Positions 37,016 through 44,441 of a DNA stretch of 44,441 nt are shown one piece after another. Under the pieces are notes generated by a model. The model made no database searches. It worked only from the letters and a program-made list of their open reading frames with translations, and was not told the DNA's origin. Position numbers and translations under genes: made by a program. Location: the sequence record SRR20825019_2178; one strand, given 5' to 3'. Each line of letters opens with the position of its first letter. Position 1 is the stretch's first letter.

Positions 37016-37368
37016 CACGCAGCCTCCTCGAACATTGAAAGCAGCAGCGCGCCGGCCCGGCCCGCCATAAAGGCGTAATGCGCCAGAAACACCGGCCGCT
37101 CGCTGCGATCGTCGATGATGCGCAAGGCCCGGTTCACCGCCTCGCGGGAGCGGCCCTGCATTTCCACCACGCGCCGCTTGGGCACGTTGAACCGACGGAT
37201 CATGATGTGCAGCGCGATCTGCCGCGCCAGCGCCGCGTCGAACATCTCATGCGGCGGATCGATGATCTCGCCGATCGTCAGATGGGGAAATCCCTCATGC
37301 ACAGCCATCACGCAGGCATGATAGAGCGCGCTTTCGCGTTCCAGGGCGCTGTGGAGATTGAAGGTCAT
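37015..37368 (-). CDS. DnaA C-terminal-like HTH protein
   Basis: ALARQIALHI...GRSREAVNRALRII; GGAGAG SD. Confidence 0.7.
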   Translation of the reverse strand: MTFNLHSALERESALYHACVMAVHEGFPHLTIGEIIDPPHEMFDAALARQIALHIMIRRFNVPKRRVVEMQGRSREAVNRALRIIDDRSERPVFLAHYAFMAGRAGALLLSMFEEAA

Positions 37369-37580
37369 GCGTCTCTCCGGCATGTCGAAGCCGCAAGCGC
37401 CATGTCTAAATCGCCGTGACGATTAGACTTGTGGTTGCGGCGGAAAACGGAAAAAATGCGAGTCGTGGAACGGAAGGAAAGCGCGCGTCGGCCGGGGGCT
37501 CGAGGTCTCGATAGAGATGGGCCTCTCCGGGAAACAGGAGAACTGGCCAGAACCGGCTGATCCTTCCGCTCCACATCCAT
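37365..37580 (-). CDS. Hypothetical protein (71 aa)
   Basis: TGATG overlap with ner and ATGA overlap downstream; composition uninformative. Confidence 0.4.
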   Translation of the reverse strand: MDVERKDQPVLASSPVSRRGPSLSRPRAPGRRALSFRSTTRIFSVFRRNHKSNRHGDLDMALAASTCRRDA

Positions 37581-37867
37581 CAGGCGGCGTCCTTTGTGGT
37601 CTTCTCGCCTGTGGACTCTGCCGCGTATTCGCGCGACAGAATGGTGTTCGACCGTTTGGGATAGCGGCCGGGGAAAAGCAGTTCGACAGGAACCTTGAGA
37701 AAGCGGGCGATGGCACGCTCCACTTTCTGATTTGGCCGCTTCCATACGGCGCGGAAGGTTCCGGGATTGAGTTTGTTGATCTCTGCGAGCTTCGTCAGCG
37801 TCATTCCGCGACGATGAAGCTCCGCCTTGATCGCGAACTGGTCCCACGTTCTGGGCTTATCCGGCAT
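37580..37867 (-). CDS. ner: Ner-like transcriptional regulator
   Basis: WD..AIKAELHRRGMTL...ERAIARFL...LFPGRY; divergent from the repressor. Confidence 0.9.
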   Translation of the reverse strand: MPDKPRTWDQFAIKAELHRRGMTLTKLAEINKLNPGTFRAVWKRPNQKVERAIARFLKVPVELLFPGRYPKRSNTILSREYAAESTGEKTTKDAA

Positions 37868-37955
37868 CTGTCTCTCCGGTCTGGGGCTGTTGGAGCAGCC
37901 CTTATTTTTGGTCAAACAATGCGCATTTGCCGTCAGCGAGTGCGCTACAGACATA

Positions 37956-37984
37956 GAGTTAGTCCAAATTTTTGGACCTGTAAA
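37956..37984 (-). promoter_or_regulatory. Early promoter with an operator in its spacer
   Basis: TTTACA-N17-TAACTC; the spacer contains the palindrome GTCCAAA-TT-TTTGGAC. Confidence 0.65.
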
Positions 37985-38000
37985 GCGAGTTTGGTAAATT

Positions 38001-38738
38001 ATGTCCAAATTTTTGGACCAAAGCACAGATGACGCAAAAGAGGCCGTCGAGAAATTTCGTCCGCAATGGGCGGAACTCTCGAAAGATAAGGCGCTTTTGG
38101 CTGAAAAGGTGACCGCCCTTACAGAATGGGCAGGAGGCCGGAAGGCGGCCGCCAAGGCCATGTCAGTGGCAGAAACTACCCTCGACAACTATCGTGCTGG
38201 AAAATCACAGCCCAAATTTTTGGAGCTTCTCAATCTTGCCCAAGTTGCGAACTTCGGTCTCGATTTCCTGACGGAAGGTATTGCGTCGAGCAGCAAGGAC
38301 AGCTCGAACAAGATCAATGATAGTTTCTTAAAGCTGCCATTCTTCGCTGCCGAGGCTGCTGCCGGTTTCGGTCGCATCGCCCTGGACGAGTTGCCAGCCG
38401 GCTCCGTTGCCTTCGAACGCGCCTTCCTGCGCAGCCTGGGCGCGTCGCCAGACCACTGCTTCGTCATGAAGTCCCGCGGCGACAGCATGCAGCCCACAAT
38501 CCCGGACGAATCCATCCTGGTCGTAGACCAAAGCCAGACCGAACAAATCGAACACGGCTGCCTCTACGTCTTCAGGGTAGCAGAGGTCCTCCTGGTAAAG
38601 CGAGCAAGGTGGCACATGGACGGCAAACTAGAACTCAGCTCCGACAACACGGCCTACCAGCCGGAGTTCCTAGACCAGACGCACGCGGACACGCTGAGCG
38701 TGCTGGGACGGGTAGTGTATTTTTGTCGGGTGCCATAA
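38001..38738 (+). CDS. CI-like repressor: HTH plus S24 autopeptidase
   Basis: HTH; Ala-Gly cleavage site AAAGFG; GDSMQP serine; LVKR lysine. Start codon uncertain. Confidence 0.92.
   Translation: MSKFLDQSTDDAKEAVEKFRPQWAELSKDKALLAEKVTALTEWAGGRKAAAKAMSVAETTLDNYRAGKSQPKFLELLNLAQVANFGLDFLTEGIASSSKDSSNKINDSFLKLPFFAAEAAAGFGRIALDELPAGSVAFERAFLRSLGASPDHCFVMKSRGDSMQPTIPDESILVVDQSQTEQIEHGCLYVFRVAEVLLVKRARWHMDGKLELSSDNTAYQPEFLDQTHADTLSVLGRVVYFCRVP
38003..38018. promoter_or_regulatory. Second operator copy GTCCAAATTTTTGGAC
   Basis: Identical to 37962-37977. Confidence 0.75.
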
Positions 38739-38823
38739 AGCTAGTAGCGGAAATATCCAGCGAATCAGCTATCTTATTTTCGGGTGAGTTTGAGAAAAAC
38801 AACAAGAGCTCAAGTAAGATGCA

Positions 38824-39252
38824 ATGATTTTCATTTCTTATGCAAAAGAAGACGCCGATTATGCGCAGGCTCTTTATAAAGCCCTTCGCGAACGCCAATT
38901 AGATCCATGGATGGATAAGCCTCCTGAGCCCTACCAGTATGATGGGCTAACGATCGGTCAGAAATGGGAGACCGTTCTCCGGCAGAAGCTTGCCGAGGCA
39001 GCGAAGATAATTTTAGTGCTATCAGACAACTCGATTAGAAAGCGTGGCTACGTCCAGAACGAATTTCGGATTGCGCTTGAGCGCATGAATCATCTTCCTG
39101 ATAATGACATTCTAGTTTTACCTTTGCTGGTTCACCAATGTGAGGTCCCTGCTTTGTCTGTGGGAAATATAAGTTTGACGCAATTACAATGGGAGGTTGT
39201 TCCGAAAGAATCTTTGGCCGATTTCGCAAAACACCTTTCGGAACTCGCTTAG
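38824..39252 (+). CDS. Stand-alone TIR-domain protein (142 aa)
   Basis: IFISYA..D, WMD, IILVLSDNS, YVQNEF (catalytic Glu) and VLPLL motifs; low GC. Confidence 0.9.
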   Translation: MIFISYAKEDADYAQALYKALRERQLDPWMDKPPEPYQYDGLTIGQKWETVLRQKLAEAAKIILVLSDNSIRKRGYVQNEFRIALERMNHLPDNDILVLPLLVHQCEVPALSVGNISLTQLQWEVVPKESLADFAKHLSELA

Positions 39253-39262
39253 GATACGTGCA

Positions 39263-40561
39263 ATGATAAAAGAGCAAAAACTATCAAATATCCTCAGCCA
39301 TGGTCGTGTTTTGTGGGATGTCGAGGTCGGTCGGTTTCACTATCGAAATAATATTGTCGCAGTTGATGAACTTCTTTTTGTAAGCACTTCAGGTGCTGAA
39401 AGGAATGTAGCAGATGATCGCGATGGCGTCGTTTGTCTTCATAAGACTGAAGGGCAACAGGTATGGCGTTTTAATTCGGTCGGGGATCCCAACTCAGTAA
39501 TTTACAAAGATCGCAAGGTACTCGGAGGAACGGACCAGGGCCAGCTGTTTGCTTTGAATTCCGAATCCGGAGATATTTCCGCAGAGTATCGATGCCAGGC
39601 GCCGGTGGCGGCTAAACCGGTTCTGATTGAAGAATCTGGACGTGATTTGGCAGTTTTCATTGCGGTATCCGGGGAGATCATTGGATACGATTTCTCTTCC
39701 TCTTCATTTTCGATGATGGGCAAAATCGATGGAGTATTTACGTCGGATCCGGCGACTAGCGAGGATCTGATACGGCAGAGCACGTTTTTTGTGGCGAGTG
39801 ACAACGGATTTATTTACCGGGCGAAAATAGTTGGCAATGAAGTGGACGCTACCCACTTAAGTACACTTGTTGGAGGGAGAAGCGATTGGGGACCTTCAGG
39901 GATCGTAGTGCGAGGTATTTCCACTTTAGTCATCCATGAGGACAAGCTTATTGTCTCCTATGAACGAGACACAACTTACGCGAATCCTCCAATTTCCTGC
40001 TTCGATATTCAGTCTGGGATTGAGATTTGGAGGGCGAAGCCCGTTAAGACTTTATCGAAGAGGCATATAGATTATGGGAATGGCCGTGTTTCACCCGTGA
40101 TATTTGGGAGGGAAGTGATTACGACCTTCGCCTACACTGACAGTGTTTATTCGTTTTCTCTAGATTCCGGTCGAGGCCTGTGGAGAGCCAAGCTCGACAG
40201 AGGTTTCTTCCAAAATTGGGCTTCCCCCAGCCTAGACATTTCGAACGGCGCTCGTTTCCTATACGTCCCTAGAGTAAATGGGGTTCTTCACAAAGTGGAT
40301 CTGCGTAAGAAGAAACTGGTTGATTCACTATCGGTTGAGGTTGGCAGATATCAAACCAATGATCACCCAGATACCTTGGGGGACCAGGAGGGATGGTGGG
40401 AAGGTACACATCCTATAGGCGAGGAAATGATCGGCGGCGATGGTAAACCCCCCTACCCAAGGGATGAACTAGAAGCTGGCTTGGCAGCTACCCCTCTAAT
40501 TTTGGACGATATGATTATCGTTGGTGGGGTCTCTGGTCGGCTGCGCGCATTTCGAAAATAA
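39263..40561 (+). CDS. PQQ/BamB-like beta-propeller repeat protein (432 aa)
   Basis: Repeated G..xWR blades (EGQQVWRF, SGIEIWRA, SGRGLWRA) and G.L.A strands; AGGA SD; no signal peptide. Confidence 0.8.
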   Translation: MIKEQKLSNILSHGRVLWDVEVGRFHYRNNIVAVDELLFVSTSGAERNVADDRDGVVCLHKTEGQQVWRFNSVGDPNSVIYKDRKVLGGTDQGQLFALNSESGDISAEYRCQAPVAAKPVLIEESGRDLAVFIAVSGEIIGYDFSSSSFSMMGKIDGVFTSDPATSEDLIRQSTFFVASDNGFIYRAKIVGNEVDATHLSTLVGGRSDWGPSGIVVRGISTLVIHEDKLIVSYERDTTYANPPISCFDIQSGIEIWRAKPVKTLSKRHIDYGNGRVSPVIFGREVITTFAYTDSVYSFSLDSGRGLWRAKLDRGFFQNWASPSLDISNGARFLYVPRVNGVLHKVDLRKKKLVDSLSVEVGRYQTNDHPDTLGDQEGWWEGTHPIGEEMIGGDGKPPYPRDELEAGLAATPLILDDMIIVGGVSGRLRAFRK

Positions 40562-40583
40562 AACTACGGTCGACCAACAGGAG

Positions 40584-41000
40584 TCATCGTCTAAGGCCGC
40601 ACTTCTGCAGTTCTAACGTCAGTCGAGAGAGTGCACCGCCCTCTCGGGCCTCACACTCCCAGATTACCTGCGTCCTCCACCCCAGTGCCTCCAGTTCGGC
40701 CATATGCCGTTGATCGCGCGCGACATTGCCGTCGAGCTTCTTCGTCCAGTAGTCCGTATTTGAGGCCGGCCGTTTGGCGCGCGGACAGCCTTCGTGTTGA
40801 TGCCAGAAGCAGCCATGCACGAAGACGACCACGCGGCGGCTTGGAAAGACCAGGTCCGGCTTGCCCGGCAGTTTCTTGTCGTGAAGGCGATAGCGCAGTC
40901 CGCTAGCATGCAGATAGCGCCGCACGATCATCTCAGGCTTGGTGTCGCGGGACTGGACGGCCCGCATCGTGCGGCTGCGCTGCTCCGGCGTTTCCTTCAT
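40584..41000 (-). CDS. vsr: Very-short-patch repair endonuclease Vsr
   Basis: RSRTM, TKPE, LPGKPD, FVHGCFWH and IWEC motifs. Confidence 0.95.
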   Translation of the reverse strand: MKETPEQRSRTMRAVQSRDTKPEMIVRRYLHASGLRYRLHDKKLPGKPDLVFPSRRVVVFVHGCFWHQHEGCPRAKRPASNTDYWTKKLDGNVARDQRHMAELEALGWRTQVIWECEAREGGALSRLTLELQKCGLRR

Positions 41001-41017
41001 GGCCTTTGCGCTCTTGG

Positions 41018-41950
41018 CTATTTGAACTCGATTTTCAGGCTCGGATCGGTCTCGAATTCTTCCACGATCTCATTATAGCGCCTGACGACATCGCCAACGG
41101 CCACGCGCCGCCCCTCGGCCGCAAAGCTTCCCAGCTCATAGAGATTGAGCGCCACGAACTGCTCGACTTCGAACACGTCGATCCGATCTCCAAGCCCAGC
41201 ATTTTCAGCCAGAACCTCGGCGGTCGTGAGGCCGCGCGCCGTAGTAACAATCATAGCTCGATGCCCATTATTAATATTGTCGCTACAGCGGCGGACCACC
41301 GCTTCGCCGGGCGCTGTCGTGACATGGATAGCGACATCGCCGATAAAGAAATCGCCATGACGGCCAGTCTGTTGGTCTGAAGTTGAGAAGCTATTGTGCT
41401 CAAATTTGACGTCCTTCAAAGCGCAATCCAACTTCGCACCGACGAGATGCTGTAGAACGGCACCAGCATATTGCATGCCAGGGGCCTCTTTCTGACGTTC
41501 TACAGCTTGACCAATTACATCTCTGACCACGTGCCGGAGGCTCCGAGAAGCATCAAGTTTGATCTTGAAGGGCTGGCTGGCGAAGAAAGCTAGAACACGC
41601 TCAATCCAAAAGCGCTCAACGAAAGACAAGTCTACGGGTTCTTTTGCCGCAAGTGAATTTAAGAAAGCAACGTATTCACGCATGTTGTCAATGCTACCGC
41701 GGCTTGTTCGCCCGGCTTCTGAAGCCAACACTCTGAAGATGCTATGTCGCTTAAGAATGTTTTGGACGCCACCCTTGCCCAAGCCACTTACCTGCCCGCC
41801 TTTTGGCGATAGAAGATCATCCGGATTCAGCGGTAACCCTCGCTTGCGCGCGTGCTCTGTCACCACCAGCGCAACTGACAAAGTTCCCTTCCCAGAAAAT
41901 TTGTGAGCTTTGGCAAACTCCTGCAGCGATTTTTCGATTTCACTTGCCAT
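41018..41950 (-). CDS. DUF4928-like protein, putative restriction endonuclease
   Basis: EAGRTSRGS, GAVLQHLVGAKL and GDF.IGDVAIHVT motifs; lies between C5-MTase and vsr. Confidence 0.7.
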   Translation of the reverse strand: MASEIEKSLQEFAKAHKFSGKGTLSVALVVTEHARKRGLPLNPDDLLSPKGGQVSGLGKGGVQNILKRHSIFRVLASEAGRTSRGSIDNMREYVAFLNSLAAKEPVDLSFVERFWIERVLAFFASQPFKIKLDASRSLRHVVRDVIGQAVERQKEAPGMQYAGAVLQHLVGAKLDCALKDVKFEHNSFSTSDQQTGRHGDFFIGDVAIHVTTAPGEAVVRRCSDNINNGHRAMIVTTARGLTTAEVLAENAGLGDRIDVFEVEQFVALNLYELGSFAAEGRRVAVGDVVRRYNEIVEEFETDPSLKIEFK

Positions 41951-41952
41951 TC

Positions 41953-43107
41953 CTAGGCTGCCGCCTTGCCATTACTCTCATGCACGGCGCTCAAAAGCGG
42001 CTCAAGGATATTTTCCGCCAGAAAGCGGACGACGGGCACGGCCACGCCATCGCCGGCAAGATGATAGGCCTCATTGTAGCTGTCCGGCAGAATATAGTCG
42101 TCATCCAGTCCCATGAGGCGCGCAGCCTCGCGCGGCGACAACAGCCTGGACCGCACGCTTTTTCCCTCGACGACCATGATGGTCTGGCGACTGGAGCCGC
42201 CCGCCGGCGTGCGCAGGCAACCCGCAACGTCGTCGAAGCGGATCTCCGCGCGCTGGATTTTCTCGCCGTTTTTTCCGGTTAGGCGGGTGCGCTTGTAGAT
42301 CGTGCCAACCATGCGGCGTCCGGTTTTGCGCGCGGCGTCGACCTTGGCTAGGTTGACCGGGCTCATCATGTCCAAAAGCCGTTGGGTTTCTTCTGCGGTG
42401 TGCCACTGGACCCGTTTCGGCTGATCTTCAACGAGGTCGGCAAAGACCGTGTTGCGCGCCGGCGGGGCCGGCAGCCGCCACCAGACCCAAGCGCCCTTCG
42501 CCTTCCACGACAGCTTGTCATAAGCCTGAATGAGGCTTTGCGGATGCCACTTTGGATCCGGCTCTACGCTGGACATCGCTTCGACGAACGGGATCGACTC
42601 CTTGCGCGCGCCAATGATGAACAGGCGCGGCCGCGACTGCGGGACAAAGTCGACCGCATTAGCGACGATGGCGCCGACGAGATAACCCGCGCGCTCCATC
42701 GCTTCGCAAATCGCGGCGAAATCCTTGCCGCCATGCGAGTTCAGCGCGCCGCAGACATTTTCGAGGGCAATCAGATGCGGCGCGCGGCCTTCTTCTTCAA
42801 GGCCGGCAATCAACCGCCAAAACGGCCAGAACGTGCCCGAGCGATCGCCGCTCAAACCGGCGCCGCCGCCGGCAAGCGAGAGATCCTGACACGGGAAGGA
42901 GGCCCAGGCGAGATCGGCGCGGCCCGGCAGATCGGCGCGGGTCAGCTCGGCGACATCGCGCACGACCAGATGATCGTCGCCCCAATTGGCCGCATAGCTT
43001 GCCGCCTTCTTCTGGTCGAGATCGTTGGCCAGCAGACATTCCCAGCCAGCGCCCAGCCCTGCCCGCGCCATGCCGCCGCCAGAAAAGAACTCGTAAAATG
43101 CGTTCAT
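41953..43107 (-). CDS. dcm: C5-cytosine DNA methyltransferase
   Basis: FSGGG, FPCQD, ENV and QSRPR motifs. Confidence 0.95.
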   Translation of the reverse strand: MNAFYEFFSGGGMARAGLGAGWECLLANDLDQKKAASYAANWGDDHLVVRDVAELTRADLPGRADLAWASFPCQDLSLAGGGAGLSGDRSGTFWPFWRLIAGLEEEGRAPHLIALENVCGALNSHGGKDFAAICEAMERAGYLVGAIVANAVDFVPQSRPRLFIIGARKESIPFVEAMSSVEPDPKWHPQSLIQAYDKLSWKAKGAWVWWRLPAPPARNTVFADLVEDQPKRVQWHTAEETQRLLDMMSPVNLAKVDAARKTGRRMVGTIYKRTRLTGKNGEKIQRAEIRFDDVAGCLRTPAGGSSRQTIMVVEGKSVRSRLLSPREAARLMGLDDDYILPDSYNEAYHLAGDGVAVPVVRFLAENILEPLLSAVHESNGKAAA

Positions 43108-43270
43108 CTGCTGCCCCAAATCGAAATCGCTTTCTGCGCGACAGGTTAGACGGTAGGCCCAGAGCACATCAAGGCGCGATTATCAAACGCCATGATCGAG
43201 GCGTGGATAACGCGCGAATTGGAACGCGTCCGATACTGCCGAAGCCTCGACGCTGTCTTGCCCTGCCTTT

Positions 43271-43285
43271 GTTCTTATAATGTTC
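43271..43285. promoter_or_regulatory. Alphaproteobacterial LexA (SOS) box GTTC-N7-GTTC
   Basis: GTTCttataatGTTC overlapping a minus-strand TTTACA-N16-TATAAG promoter that points to dcm. Confidence 0.7.
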
Positions 43286-43788
43286 TCACTATCCATGTAA
43301 AGACCGTTAACGGCATCGTGAAAACCCGCTTGCAGGTTCAAAAAGCCGCCTTTTCCGGCAATCGCTTTGATTTCTTTGATATTTTTTCAAACATGCAAGC
43401 GTCTTGCATGTTCGGTTTGGATTTTTGTCCGTTATGACCGCCGGTAGCTGCCCGCTCAGGGATTCTTCAAAGGCTCTTTGAAGGGCATTTGAAGCCTGCC
43501 CGTGAAAATGCTAAAGGGTCGGTGAAGCCTTATGACGTGGGCGATTGGCGGGAGATGCTTGCTCAGTTCCATAAGCCGCCTTATTTCACACCGTTCTTGG
43601 AATCAGTCGGTTTCGCGCTCTTTGAAAAGGTTTACTGTGGTCGGCGTGCCACCCTTCTGCAGGCTGCTTTGCAGTGCGCTCTGCTGTCAAAGACGTCCTA
43701 CAGAAAGCCTGCTCATTCTATCGCCACATCCCCTGATATACGGGGCATTTGCGGCCGTTCCCAGCTGTTTCCACCTATTCCCGGATAT

Positions 43789-43812
43789 TGCACCCTCACC
43801 TGACAAACAACA
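43789..43812. repeat. Candidate phage terminus with transposase-binding site
   Basis: TGCA-N8-TGACA followed by AACAACA, ending in CA. Confidence 0.5.
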
Positions 43813-44441
43813 CGCGCGGTTTTGCAATTTTGACACTTGGTTTTGCAGCAACACAATTTCATAAAGCCGTATATGCTGGCTAACTTTGATCGATTGTTTC
43901 GCCCCATCTCGGACACGAAACATGCTTCTCTTCTCGAGAGTAATAGTGACATTTCCCATGATTTCTGCAGCCACTTGCGGGATCACGTAAAAAGTTGGGA
44001 TTAGCAAGCAAGTCGCGGCACAGTCCAATATGGGCGTTTGACGGCAACCCTTTCCTTTTCGGGAAAATTTTCCCCGACATAATAAAATGCTGCTCTGGGA
44101 AACGTCTTGCCACCGATAGGCCGTCCGCGATTCGCTCTAAAATGATCTCATCCCTACTAGGATAGATCAGTCTCTTATCGATGTTGTAGAATCCGGAGGA
44201 TAAGTCGATCAGATCAAACTCTGCACCGACGACGTCGGAAAAAAAACGTCTTGGCCGCGGGCGTCAAAATTTGGTTCTCCGCTTCGAAGTGAAACACGGA
44301 TCGAAGTTTCTATGCCCAATGATTTGAGCCGAGCGGATTGAACCGTCAGCCATTCAAGTATGTTGTCCGCCTTGGCGTAAATTCGTTTGTCGACTAATAA
44401 GCTAAGGAGATAGTGACCTGAGCCCCTGAACTTCCTCCAAA

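Larger units (their letters stand above)
1..43812 (-). mobile_element. Mu-like transposable prophage (siphovirus-type tail), apparently complete; the methylase-side terminus probably lies just before position 1
   Basis: MuA + MuB + Ner + GemA + Mor-like early region; Mu-type terminase, portal, F, G and I head genes; tail tube without sheath; candidate terminus ...CACCTGACAAACAACA at 43812. Both boundaries are inferred. Confidence 0.93.

Noticed and set aside
39197-39262. Frameshift fusion of TIR and propeller
   Set aside because: No clear slippery site; the propeller has its own AGGA SD and ATG at 39263
43855-43885. dif-like site (CATAA-N6-ATATG)
   Set aside because: Outer arms do not fit the XerC/XerD consensus
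43860-44441. ORFs in the AT-rich right flank
   Set aside because: Short and without recognisable features; cannot be assigned

Overview
The window is almost entirely one apparently intact Mu-like transposable prophage of about 44 kb. It is GC-rich and carries an alphaproteobacterial LexA box, so the host is probably a Rhizobiales-type alphaproteobacterium. The phage reads right-to-left on the minus strand. Gene order: S24/LexA-type repressor divergent from ner; DnaA-C-like HTH; ParB; MuA transposase; MuB; DUF3164; GemA; Mor/C-like activator; amidase, holin and spanins; terminase; DUF935 portal; MuF with a C-terminal PBECR2-like RNase; gpG; protease; capsid; a non-contractile tail (tube, frameshifted chaperone, tape measure with a CHAP-like domain, J-like tip, fibre); and a D12-class adenine methyltransferase. 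Cargo lies at both ends. Beside the repressor are a low-GC TIR + beta-propeller gene pair (the best candidate for an undescribed defence system) and a dcm-DUF4928-vsr module preceded by a LexA box. At the other end are small membrane and lipoprotein morons. Non-coding structure is rich: two tandem antisense promoter-hairpin-terminator cassettes after MuF, a multibranch antisense RNA before the adenine methylase, an antisense moron nested in a still-open early reading frame, late-promoter and operator palindromes, 11-bp-phased arrays, and an odd end-to-end junction near 43.81 kb. Family calls come from motif recognition and synteny, not database searches. GC statements are by eye.
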